A stretch of 64,000 nucleotides of DNA from positions 575,300 to 639,299 of the forward strand of contig NW_015177038.1 in the NCBI RefSeq assembly GCF_001447785.1, in the 5' to 3' direction. The translations under genes and the position numbers were made by a program. The stretch comes from Gekko japonicus (lineage: Eukaryota). The notes beneath the pieces are model-generated. The model worked only from the letters and a program-made list of their open reading frames with translations, ran no database searches and was not told the origin of the DNA. Shown piece by piece: positions 12,900 through 24,700 of the stretch. The stretch's first letter is position 1. Each line of letters begins with the position of its first letter.

Positions 12900-13480
12900 T
12901 TTAACAAAACGGGGTGGGGGCTTCCTTCTCCTCCCCCCCTTCCTTGTTTTCGCCCCCTCCCTCTGGGCAAGGCCTCTGCCCCTCCCACCGCAAAGAACAC
13001 CCTACTGGAGACTTAATCTCCCATTTACCCAGAGAGGTCCCCCTCCCCCGCGAGCAAGGGGGTTTATTTCAGCCAGCCGCTCCACACCTTCCGTCCCATT
13101 CACTGCAACACAAAAAGCGGGAGGGGGGAGATCCAGGCCAGTGGGTGCCCCAGCCCTCCAGGCCTAGCTCCTGCCGCCCCACCCTCTACCCCGCAGCCTC
13201 GCCGTTGATCACCTGCAAGCAATCGGTCCGGTCCGGGGCTTCCGCAAGTTTTCTTCCCGGGGGTCTTCGCTATTGCGGGGAGCAGCAGCCGCCACTTAAG
13301 ATTAATCCGGATGTGCAGCGGCGGCTGACTCAGGAAACTCCGCCTAGCTGATGGGGGCCGCCGAGCGGCGACTGGGAAAGAAGTAACCTTCTCGGCTTTC
13401 GCAGGAAGAGGAGCCCTCTAGCGGGCATGGCCTCAGTCAGGCGACCTTATGAAGGCTGCCTTTGCGCGCCGAACCATGGA
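12900..13480 (-). promoter_or_regulatory. CpG-island promoter / first exon of gene A
   Basis: High CpG and GC content; candidate minus-strand donor CAG|GTGATC near 13212. Confidence 0.65.
13409..13427 (-). promoter_or_regulatory. CTCF-like motif
   Basis: Minus strand reads TGCCCGCTAGAGGGCTCCT. Confidence 0.5.
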
Positions 13481-14010
13481 AAGGGAGTGGATCCCTCTCG
13501 CCTTTAACCCATGAAATTCAGCGCTGGGGGGATTTTAAAAAGAAATCTGAAAAAGTGACGGACACCGCTTCTGAATGGCTGTGGATCTGAAGCGCTCAAC
13601 CGAGACAGTTTTTCCCTAAATGTAATTCCTTTGACAGCCATTCGAATTCTCAGGGCTTAACTAACTGATACCGTTTCCCTATGCAAAAGAATCCCCCGGA
13701 CGTTCCAGTTCTCGGCCTGTTTCAAACGAACAAGCTAGATCGAGGCGGTTTTATGCATAAGTCTTTACTCACCTTCCAGCGAGCGGGCCTTACTTCTTCC
13801 CAAAATGTAGAGTAAGCCCGCTTAATTACAGAGTCAGCAGCGTCACTGAACTCGGGCTTACTTAGGAGTAAACAAAATGACGCTGGACGGCTGCAGTGTG
13901 CATTTGCTCTCAGAGTGAGTCTCCATGCATTCATGTCATTTAAAACAGTGCACTATCTAAATCCAAGTAAAGATGCTTGGAAGCTATAAAGGCACCAGCA
14001 GTGTTAAAGT

Positions 14011-14250
14011 TAGGGATGCCAACCGCCAGGTGGGACCTGGGGATCCCCCAAAATTACAGCCCATCTTCGGGTTACAGAGATCAATTCACCTGGAGAAAAT
14101 GGATGCTTCGGAAGGTGGATTCTGTGGTATTGTACCCCAATGAGGTCCCTGTCCTCCCCAGGCTCCATCCCCAAATCTCCAGGAGTTTCCAAACCTGAAT
14201 CCAACCACCCTACTCCCCCATCCCCCGCCAGTGGCAACCTGGCAGCCCTA
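14011..14250. mobile_element. non-autonomous DNA transposon with TAGGGTTGCC-type TIRs; also at ~38845-38948, 49735-49942, 58684-58877
   Basis: TAGGGATGCC...GGCAGCCCTA ends; shared internal CCTGGAGAAAATGG...CCCCAAATCTCCAGG. Confidence 0.7.
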
Positions 14251-15209
14251 AAAGTTTGCTCCAGCAGCTGAAGCCCCACTATGAAAAGCATAAGAACATA
14301 ACAGTTGGTGTACTGATTCAGACCATCAAGTAAGCCCCAGTATCCAGTTTCTAACAGTGGCCAGTCCAGTGCCACAGAGAAGTTTGCAAGCAAGAATGGT
14401 GGACAATAGCCCTGGCCTGCTGACTGCTTCCCCCGGCATTCTTCACCTGAACTTGGAAGTCCCATTCGGTTATCATAGCTAGTTACAGACAATGATATCC
14501 CAGTCTTCCCTAAATCTTCCCATCCCCCTTTTAAAGCCAGTGGTTGTCACCACCACATCTAATAACAATGAGTCCCACAAGTCAACTACCTGTAATAGTT
14601 CTTCTGTCTCTCTTAAATCTACTGCCAATCACTAGTATAATGGAGATGTCCATTCTTTGTCCAGAACACCTGGGAATCGTATACTGTCTCTGGACAGTAT
14701 AGTAGAAGGTACAGAGAACCTGGGAAGCTTCGCTCAGTAATACTACCACTATTTGTCTTTTAAGTACTCTTTTATAAATGTACCAAAGAAAATATTCTCC
14801 AGTATTCTTAAATGAAGACTACTATTTTCCCCCTTGTTTTCACCCTTTTAAGGGACTTGTGTGTTCCAATTGGCATCTGACAAATATTAGATCATCTTGG
14901 TTGCTGTATTTTCAATCGTATCATTTTTCCTGCTTCTTGCCAGATTGCCAGGGATGCAGTCTGATACCAGCTAGCCATACCCTGTGCCTACTGAAGTCAG
15001 CTAAGCATCCTACATGGGGTGGAGACAAAGAGGTCCCCCTCCCTTTAACCTCCAGCATGATAAACAGTTCTGGACAGCTTCTGCAATATGTTGGTTTGAT
15101 TGGTCTTAATAAAAGGTATCATATGTGCTTTGTTATACACCAGTATGGCTACCTACTTAAGTATATGTCATAAATGTCATAACTCCTTGACACAGAGAGT
15201 GCTCCATTT

Positions 15210-15345
15210 TTCTGTGTTATACCTCTGAGGATGCCAGTCACAGCTGCTGGCGAAACATCAGGTCCTACAATGCCAAGACCACGGCCATACAGCCCGGAAA
15301 ATCTACAACAGCTAATGAACTCCAGCCATGAAAGCCTTCAACAAC
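15210..15345 (+). mobile_element. Penelope-like element terminus with minimal hammerhead motif
   Basis: ACCT-CTGAGGA-T-GCCAG..CTGGC-GAAA-C-ATC-AGGT followed by AGACCACGGCCATACAGCCCGGAAA. Confidence 0.7.
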
Positions 15346-15638
15346 ATATTGTATATTTACTCTTAGCAGATTGATTACTCTGTTGATTGAATTTTGTGCC
15401 AGACCTTCCACACCAGCACCTTTCAGTTGTCTGCATCCACCCAAGGGATGAATGTTGCATACGTCTGAAGAAGTGAGCTCGGGCTCGTGGTGCTGGGAAA
15501 GTCTTTAAGGTACCACCGGGCGCCTGGTTCGTTTTGCGGCTACCAACACTGCCACCCATCTGGAATTGTCTCTGAACATGAAGGTTAGCTCTTGATAGAG
15601 ACCTGTCCTTCATGAAGCTATCCAGTGATGTTTTAAAG

Positions 15639-15959
15639 CAGGGGTCCCCCAACATGGTGCCCGTCCTCCAAACCTTTTCTGACATCTACCAAGTGTTTTT
15701 AAGAAGTGGGTAGGGCCTGGGAGGGCTTTTGCTCCCACAACAGTTTGAATGGCTATTGGAAATTTCATTGGCTGTGCAGATTTTTTTTTAATGTTGCTTC
15801 GGCGGCAACTGCCACCACAGCACAAGAATCTTCACTGTGTGACTGAAGTAAAGCTATGGCAACCATTTGTGGCTGGCTCTGCCTCCTGCAGCAGCCATTT
15901 TGTATGTTGTCTCAGAATTCCAAAGGTGCCCATAGGCTCAAAAAGATTGGGGGGCCCTG
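15639..15959. mobile_element. hAT-type non-autonomous element; related copies at ~57940-58531 (SINE-interrupted) and 61332-61711
   Basis: CAGGGGTCCCCAA...TTGGGGGGCCCTG termini, 8-bp TSD TTTTAAAG. Confidence 0.8.
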
Positions 15960-17069
15960 TTTTAAAGCCATCTTAATGACCTTCACTATCTCTTGTAGTT
16001 AAGAGAACAAATTGGCTTGGAGGAGGGGGGCCTATCTAGGCCTGCTGCTGTGCCTTTAACAGAGATTGGATCTGCAGAAATCAGCAGGTAAAGCTTTTCA
16101 TGGGATGGAGTTAAACATGATCACCTGCTAATTGCTGCAGATCAAACTGCTGTTAAAGAGACAGCTACAAGCCTAACTGGTTGTTATCTTTAAGATGTCT
16201 GAGCCAGAACTTTAAACAGTTCTGCAAACAGAACAAGACTGGCTTTCTAGAATACTTGCTATCTTATTCTCATTCCAATTTCAATGAAGATGTCAGTTCC
16301 CTGTGCCATGGTGGTGAAAAAGGCAAATTCTACACTAGAGATTATTTTTAGAAGGATTAAAAACAAGATAACTAGTATCATAACATCTTTATATAGCTCT
16401 ACAGCTGTCTAGCCCTGACATGGATAGGACAAGCTAGTTGGATCTCAGCAGTAGTCAAGCTGGGTTGGCCCTGGCTAGTATTTGGATGGGATTCCTCCAA
16501 GGAATACCAGGGTCATGACATAGAGGCAGGCAATGGCAAACAACCTCTGAATGTCTCTTGCCTTGAAAACCCTGTGGGGTCACCATAAGTCGGCTGCAAC
16601 TTCATGGTACACAGGCACAGCTGCCTAATAGTTCATCCTACTACCCCAGTCTTGTCAGGCCTTGGAAACGAAACTGGATTAGCCAAGGTTAATACTTGGA
16701 TGGGGGACCACCAAGGAAGACTGGGGTTACTATGCAGAGAAAGGCAATGGTAAACCACCTCTGCTTATCTCTTGCCTTGAAAACCCCTTCTAGCTGGTGT
16801 CTCTGTGAGTTTGTTGTGACTTACCGGCACACAGTTATTATTTAATTCATTTATACCCTGCCTTTCTCTCCAATAAGAATGCAAAGCAGCTTACATCATT
16901 CTCCGTTCTTCCATTGTATCCCCACAACAACCCTGCGAGGTAGGATAGGCTGCGAGAGTGTGACTGGCCCAAGGTCACCCAGCAAGCTTCCATGGCAGGA
17001 GCAGGGATTCATACGTGGATCTCCCAGATAGTAGTCCAACAGTCTTCACCACCACACCACACTGGCTCT

Positions 17070-17381
17070 CAGTTCTGGTCATCATATCTCAAAAAGCATG
17101 TTGCAGTGCTAGGAAAGGTGCAGAAGAGAGCCCCCAAACTACCAAACGTTGGAATGATCAAGGGGTCACTAGACAACCAGGATGCCCAAGTAGTGTTTTG
17201 GTCCCTGGGTGAAGAAGTTGTTCCAAATCCAACCTCAGACACATCTCATTTTAGATCTGGAAAAGGAGCAGAGAAAAGCATCTAAAATGATTAAGGAGTT
17301 GGAAGGAACATCTTTCCTGTGAGGAAAGGTTTGAGGATTTTTCTTTTTACAGAAACAACAACTGGGGACGGGTCATGATAG
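17070..17381 (+). mobile_element. old CR1 fragment (continues after 19963)
   Basis: QFWSSYLKKHVAVLGKVQKRAPK-like CR1 ORF2 relic; the GDMIEVYK-like motif is split across the LTR insertion. Confidence 0.6.
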
Positions 17382-17611
17382 TGTTATCTTCCCAGATATA
17401 CCTGTGCTAAACTCTCTCTCCAAAAGACCTGGAGGGATCCGGCAACCAGAAAGGCAGTAAGACCAGGGTCTCACACCCCACATGGGTCTGTCACGGGCAG
17501 GCAACATGGATCCAGAAAAGACTCCATTTTGGAACCAGCCTAACAGGCTCAGGAGGAACCGAGCCAAATATGAGTACCATCACTATTCTTGAGAAGTTTA
17601 AAAATGATCCC

Positions 17612-18438
17612 GTTGGCGAAATGGGATAAAATGAACTTGTCATTGATGGGAAGAATATCAGTTATAAAAATGAATGTCCTACCACGTTTGATGTTCCTGT
17701 TTCAAACAATACCAATACTTAGCAAGACTGATTTGCTACTTAAGTGGCAACAAGAAATTATCAAAGTTTGTTTGGGCAGGCAAGAAACCGAGAATTAAGA
17801 TGAAAATACTTTGTGACGCCAATGAAAGAGGAGGATGGCAACTACCAAATCTTAGACTATATTATGAAGCGGTCTGTCTAACCTGGATGGAACAGTGGAT
17901 GAAACTAGAGAATGATAAGTTATTGGGGTTAGAAGGCCATGATTGTAGATTTGGTTGGCATGCATACTTATGGTATGATAAGACAAAAATGGATAGCTTT
18001 TTTAAGCTTCATGTGGTAAGAAAAGCATTGTTTTTGGTATGGATGAGATACAAAAAAGATTTTCGTGATGTAAGACCATTGTGGATTGTACCAGTAGAAG
18101 TGTTAACATCTTACTCAAGACATAGAGACAAGGATTGGTTGCCGTATAAAGACTTAATTAAAAAAAGAGGGAACAGAATGGGTAATGAAAAAGCAGAATG
18201 AAATTGAATATGAATATGAATGGTTGAAATACATGCAAATTTATGATCTTTTTAGATCAGATAAAAGAAATTATGGTTTTAGAGAGGAAAAAAATGAAAT
18301 GGAAAATGTTTGGGAGAGTGGAGGGGGAAAAAATATCTCTAAAATGTATAAAGTGTTGTTAAAATGGTATACAGAAGAGGAAACGGTGAAAGAGCAAATG
18401 ATAAAATGGGCAATAAATATGAATAAGGAAGTCTTTAT
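17612..18438 (+). mobile_element. L1 LINE ORF2 C-terminal region, 5'-truncated, two frameshifts, runs into gap
   Basis: LSLMGRISVIKMNVLPRLMFLFQTIP and ERGGWQLPNLRLYYEA motifs. Confidence 0.92.
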
Positions 18439-18765
18439 NNNNNNNNNNNNNNNNNNNNNNNNNNNNNNNNNNNNNNNNNNNNNNNNNNNNNNNNNNNNNN
18501 NNNNNNNNNNNNNNNNNNNNNNNNNNNNNNNNNNNNNNNNNNNNNNNNNNNNNNNNNNNNNNNNNNNNNNNNNNNNNNNNNNNNNNNNNNNNNNNNNNNN
18601 NNNNNNNNNNNNNNNNNNNNNNNNNNNNNNNNNNNNNNNNNNNNNNNNNNNNNNNNNNNNNNNNNNNNNNNNNNNNNNNNNNNNNNNNNNNNNNNNNNNN
18701 NNNNNNNNNNNNNNNNNNNNNNNNNNNNNNNNNNNNNNNNNNNNNNNNNNNNNNNNNNNNNNNNN
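18439..18765. other. assembly gap (327 N)
   Basis: N run. Confidence 1.
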
Positions 18766-19091
18766 CACTATTCTTGAGAAGTTTAAAAATGATCCCCTGT
18801 TGGTGTAACTTGATGTAACTTGTTATGATCTATTAATTCGTTCTATTAATTTATTTGTTCCATTGCCTTCCTTATTGTTCCTGTGTTATGCCAATAAAGG
18901 TCTATGTATATGTATATATGAGTACCAAGTGCAAACACTTACACAGGATCCCATGACTAATACAATCAACAGAGACAGCCATCCTCACCATCCAACTAAT
19001 CCCTAAATCCTATCTCCTCTGACCCCGGCACCACCCTGGTAAACTGCACTGTCTCCTTCAAAGTAATTTCGAGGGTCTAGCACCCTTCCCC

Positions 19092-19721
19092 GTCCAACAC
19101 TGAGCCACTCACACATGGAAACACAAACACAAGTGACTTTCCCAACCTCAGAAGTTGAAACCAAGCATCCTGCATATGCCCAGCTTAATCTTGCTACTCA
19201 TTACACCCCAGGCCAGCCCACCCCTGGCTCCCCAAAACATATTTAAACTGGCACTCCACACCCCAACCTTTGTACAACTCTTCTTGGGTGCCCATAAGAG
19301 TGTATCCTCGGACTCTGAGCCTTTGACACAAACTGCTGGTCGGCTATGTCCTCCTCCTGCCACGTGGATTCTGCTCACTTCAGGATCAGGTAAATATCAC
19401 CCTAATGTCCAACACTGAGCCACTCACACATGGAAACACAAACACAAGTGACTTTCCCAACCTCAGAAGTTGAAACCAAGCATCCTGCATATGCCCAGCT
19501 TAATCTTGCTACTCATTACACCCCAGGCCAGCCCACCCCTGGCTCCCCAAAACATATTTAAACTGGCACTCCACGCCCCAACCTTTGTACAACTCTTCTT
19601 GGGTGCCCATAAGAGTGTATCCTCGGACTCTGAGCCTTTGACACAAACTGCTGGTCGGCTATGTCCTCCTCCTGCCACGTGGATTCTGCTCACTTCAGGA
19701 TCAGGTAAATATCACCCTAAT
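19092..19721. repeat. 315-bp tandem duplication (2 copies)
   Basis: 19092-19406 vs 19407-19721; one substitution seen. Confidence 0.95.
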
Positions 19722-20058
19722 TTAAAACCAACCCCCTTCTTGTCACTATCGATCACCTCTCTGTTTCTTAGCTCTGTGTGTGTTGATCTGTTGTTATTAT
19801 TTTTATGTGAGTGAGTAGTGTGAACTTTGCATGTATTCACAATAAAACTCCATCCAATCAACAGTCTCTTCCTTCCACTGGTATCCCTCGCAATTTTACC
19901 CTCGTATGAATAGAGTATTAAAGAACCCTTGTACACATGTGTGCTGCCCTGCACCCAAGGCAATAGAAGCTTATAAACTCATGGCTCCTCGGTGACGATG
20001 ATGGGCAGTGGATTCAAAACAGACACGAGGGCTTCTTCAGTCAAAGAGTGATTAACGT

Positions 20059-20300
20059 CTCTTCACCCAAAGAGTGATTAACACATGGAATTCACTGCCA
20101 CAGGAAGTGGTGGCGGCTACAAGCATGGACAGCTTCAAAAGGGAATTAGATAAGCATATGGAGCAGAGGTCCATCAGTGGCTATTAGCTACAAGGTATAG
20201 ATAGGGGCTCTGGGGCAAGTGATGCTCTGTCTTCTTGGTGCTTGGGGGGGGGGGGTCAACAGTGGGAGGGCTTCTAATGTCCTGGCCCCACTGCTGGCCG
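20059..20300 (+). mobile_element. CR1 3' fragment
   Basis: FTQRVINTWNSLPQEVVAATSMDSFKRELDKHM then CR1 3'UTR. Confidence 0.85.
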
Positions 20301-20576
20301 TGTAACAATAGAAGCTTATAAACTCATGGCTCCCCGGTGACGATGATGGGCACTGGGCAGTGGATTCAAAACAGACACGAGGGCTTCTTCAGTCAAAGAG
20401 TGATTAACGTGGAATTTATGAATGTGTGAAATAGCACTAGGTGATGCTGATGCAGATTCTTGTTTATTTCCTCCATTGTGACAAACTGTCAGTTTGTTCC
20501 TGCACTTCCTGTTTGTTTTTACTAGAACAGTGTGATGGGCAGAGGCTTGCCTTTCAGAACACAGCAAGAGTCACAA

Positions 20577-21069
20577 CACACAGGAACCTATAGAAACTTG
20601 CCAATTTGTTGTGTGCACTTAATACAGCTGTGCGAAAAGGTGCACTTCTCCTCGCTGTAAGTGCATTCCCATTGATAGTATCAAGCTATCTCTGCTTCAA
20701 AGAGATTTGCTTGATGATAGCTGCCATCATCTTGTTGACTAAGATTACTGATGCAATCCATGGCATGCATTCCATTGATCTAGAGCCCAGCAAACCAGCC
20801 CAAGCATCTTGTTCACTGTACACAAGCGCAAATTTAGGCTGATGTGAGAAAATGTTGGCCTGGTGTGGAAACAAGGTCAAAACTGCAGTGAACAAGCCAT
20901 TCTGGTTGGCAGATGCATATAACATCAAGTAAGAAACAGCAAAAACCACATGATTCATGTTTACTGCCATGTTTCCCTCAACAAAATTTGCTGTGTTCCA
21001 GTCCATCTCCCCCCCAGAAAGGAACTCATCATAGCCTCCGTATAGTATTGCCCACTGACACATATAATA
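20577..21069 (-). other. TSD-flanked insert with near-intact reading frame, origin unassigned (candidate endogenous viral element or retrocopy)
   Basis: 12-bp direct repeat CAAGAGTCACAA (20565-20576 and 21070-21081); ~164 codons with one stop. Confidence 0.55.
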
Positions 21070-21191
21070 CAAGAGTCACAAGGCTTGTGTGACTCACTAG
21101 AGAAGTTCACAGGTAGGAGAGTTTGTGATCTGGTCAGTGGAAATATTAGCTGGGAACTTCATTCCTATGGAAACAGCAAAAGGAGTGTTTT

Positions 21192-21411
21192 CAGTGGTGG
21201 AGAGTGCTGTCAAGCCGCAGCCAACTTATGGCAACCCTGCAGGGTTTTCAAGGCAAGAGATGTTTCAGAGGTGGTTTTGCCATTGCCTGCCTCTGCATCA
21301 TGACGCTGGACTTCCTTGGAGGTCTCCCACCCAAATACTGGCCAGGGCCAACCCTGCTTAGCTTCTGAGATCTGACAAGATTGGGCTAGCCTGGGCCATC
21401 CAGGTCAGGGC
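21192..21411 (-). mobile_element. full-length 5S-derived SINE with TSD
   Basis: 11-bp TSD AGGAGTGTTTT (21181-21191 and 21412-21422); 5S box motifs on the minus strand. Confidence 0.85.
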
Positions 21412-23879
21412 AGGAGTGTTTTTACCTAACAATAAGGAGTAGCTTGCCTCCTGATCCTATTTAGCTGAGTTCTCCCTGGATGGCTTCAAATGGTACAAGC
21501 TGGGAGAGTGAACAGAAAGTATAGGAATCCCGTGCTTCCCAGTTCTTCTGCAGCACTCTCAGATCTTACATTTATTTATGTATTTACATATCAATAGGCC
21601 ACTTTTTCTCCTCTGTTGGGACCCAAAGCAGCCTACAACATTGTTCTCACATTCCTCAGTTCTTACCCTCACAACAACAATCCTAGGCTGAGAGAGTTGA
21701 CTGGCCAAGATCACCCAGCAATCCTGTATTAAAGGGGAAAGACATTTTTTCTTCCTCTAGTCTAGGCTGTTTATTTGTTGGCTTCTTTTCTGTCCCACTT
21801 TTCTCCCTAGTGGGTTCAAAAATGGCTGTTGGCAACCCTACGTGTATGCCACAAATTCATCTCTCATTGAGAAAAGAACAGGCTCACCAACAACCTAGAG
21901 AAAAAAATATATCTTGCCCCTTTAATAGAGGCTTCATACATGGGAAAGGCAGCTGAAGCTTTTCAAGGCATAGAGGTGACTTTCACCTGATAAATAACAT
22001 GCCTTGAAGCCTTTGTTAAAGGGACAGGACATTTTTTTCTCCAAGTGGTTGGCAGCCCTAAAAAAGTTCCCTGGCCTAAATCTATTGCCCATCAACACAA
22101 TTGTAAGTCGTAGTATTATGGGCGAGGGAGAAAAAAATTATTCTCTACCCACTTTCTCCACCTCATGCATAATCTTACACATCATTATCTAATTACCCTT
22201 TTTTTTCCTCCCCTCTAATGCAAAAGCCTCAAAGTCTTTTCTCAAAGGGAAGCTGCTCCAACCCTTTAACTACAGAAACATAGAGCTGGAAGGGAGTTCA
22301 AGGTTCATCTAGTCTAACCCCCTGCACAATACAGGAAATTCATAGCTACGCCCCCCAGTGACCCAGCTTGTTCTATGCCCAAGGGAAGGCAAAAAAACCC
22401 TCCAGGATCCCAGGGCCAATCTGGCCTGAAGAAAATGGCTTCCTGACCCCAAAGTGGCAATCGGCATTACCCTGGGCAGGTCAGAAAGGGACACAAGAAC
22501 TGAGCATTAGCTCGTCCTTTCCTGCCCTCTGTCTCACTCTCTGCCTCAATTCATAGTGAGTCAACATGCTGGGTGCTTTTCTTAATCTTTAAAAAAATGA
22601 ATCTCAGATGGGATTTCAACCCACAACTCCCTATGGGTACCAAAACACCCAGCAAAGGGGAAATCATGGCCTGAAGTATGGCAGCTAAGAGCACTCAGCC
22701 ATCCTGTCACTTGAATAACTCCCTCATCTCCCCAGTCCCTTGATCATTTTAGTTGCCCTGGTCTGTACCTTTTCTAGCTGTACAATATCTTTCTTTTTAA
22801 AAAAAAAAAAAAAGATGGCCAAAACGTGTCTTCAGTTCTGGAGTAGCAGGAATAAACAGAGTGCCTTTGAGCACTTGTACAATGCCTTTCCTTCATGCTA
22901 ATTAATTACAGTGCAACAGGCCACTGCTGGGATTAAGGGGTGGGACTCTATGTCAGTGGGTAGCCTAAAGATAGGTTTTGAACGTTGACATTCCTCTTTT
23001 TACAAAATGAACTTTTAGGAATGGAGGTTCTGAATGGTATTTAAAATCCTGGGGAAAGTGCTGGAAAGCAAAGGAACAAAAAATTCCAGCAATGTTATGA
23101 AGAAAATGTGAGGATTGCAACACAGCTGATCCTGTAAGAGGTCTGTATACATTAATTTCTAACAAAAGAGATGCTGGTGCCCAGTGCTGCATTTAAACCT
23201 CACTCTCTTGCCTTCTGTTCCCAAAATCCCGTATTGTTTATTTAGAGGCTAATTTGTTTAGTAGGTCAAGAAATGCATTCTATATATCTCCAGGGACTGC
23301 CTTCTTCTTTTTGAAGCCACATTTTCCCCTATAGAAAGTACTTCCAAGGCAGGAATTAATGTGCCACTTGCAAGGCAATTGCCGTGTGAGATGCTTCATT
23401 TGTGTGCATGTATCCATGTGGTACATGGAATGGGATAACTCACAGCCAATTGCATCTTCCTACTGGAACATGTGCCAGTGGGGTGGGACTGTATTTTTCT
23501 TGTATAGAAGTGTTTTCCACATAGGAAAAGGTCATGCCATCATGTGCCCTGGCTCAAAGTTAAACTTAGAAAGTGGCATTGTATTAATTGGAGACTGACC
23601 CCCACTGTAATACCGTATATCTCCATATGTTACCAGCATCTATTGTCAGATATTAAAAAAATTAAAATTCCAAGATGGTAGTCCCCTTTGTCAACAACAA
23701 CAACAATAATGTCTTATTGCAGCTAAATACCTAAAAATGCACCAGCTTTTGTGAGCCCACTTCAGGTACATGACAAGTGTTACGCCCATGCATCTGGCAA
23801 AATAGGCTCATGACAACTTACACGGCAGTGAATTTGTTAGTCGTTACAGTGCCACCAAGGTTTTATTATGGGGGGGGAT

Positions 23880-24700
23880 AGAGTAGCGCTGTGCGACCAT
23901 TCCCACGTCACAAAATACACGTGTGTGGAAAGAACTGCGTGTATGAAAATGAAAAACGCCTCTCTTTCCTCCCCCATCTCCCCGCTAGTTAGTTAGCGAC
24001 GCCTAAAATGTACTGGGGATTGAGGCACTACCGTGCTGGGTTCTTTGGAGGGTTTCTTGTTTACCTCTCCCACTGTCCACGTTTGTCTTCACGGCGGCGA
24101 GTGTTGTAGCGGGGTATGCTTTTCTGCTGGCACAGGAAGGGGCTGGAGGAGCAGAGAGAAAGATGAAAAGCTGGATGCAGCGGTGGGGAGGGGGCAGGAA
24201 GGAGGGATCAGTCAGAGCCGACAGATCGGAAATCGCGAGGCTCCAGACTTTGGAGTTGTTGGCAAGAGAAGCCTCTTTGTGATCTTGCAGCTTGGACTGG
24301 GCAGCCGGTGGTACGTCTGCTTCCACGGCCGGATCTCTGCCACAGGTGTGGGGGGAGAAGGGAATTTCTCATGTCTGACCGAAGTGGAGACTGTGTGTCG
24401 CCCGCTCAGTGGGCACAGCCCGGTAGCCCCGGAGGCTCCCAGTGATCAGTTCCCCTCTGAGCAGCGAGGGTCTCCGGGTAACCGTGGCGCTGGGTAGAGA
24501 AGCGTCTTTGCCCCCCAAGGGCCATTGTTTTTACCCCCTCTTCCTACTTTTCCGTTGTTTGAGGATGCTAGATCAGCTGACGAGACCGAGGCTTTTTTGC
24601 CGCACCACTTAGGAGACGTTAACTGTACGGAGCAAACCGCATTTCTAGCGAGGGCAACTTCATGTTATGGTATGAAAACCCTGCCGTGTACGCAGTAACT
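23880..24700 (+). promoter_or_regulatory. CpG-island promoter / non-coding first exon of gene B
   Basis: CpG-dense; candidate donor CGG|GTAACC at 24477. Confidence 0.65.

Larger units (their letters stand above)
17580..18915 (+). mobile_element. short 5'-truncated LINE tail (microsatellite-ended), interrupted by L1
   Basis: 12-bp TSD ATATGAGTACCA (17568-17579 and 18916-18927); ends CCAATAAAGG then TATGTA-type repeats. Confidence 0.6.
17382..19962 (+). mobile_element. solo LTR carrying nested insertions
   Basis: TG...CA ends, 4-bp TSD ATAG (17378-17381 and 19963-19966), TATA-like CATATTTAAA, AATAAA at 19841. Confidence 0.55.

Noticed and set aside
18185-18808. ORFs spanning the N gap
   Set aside because: Artefact of translating Ns
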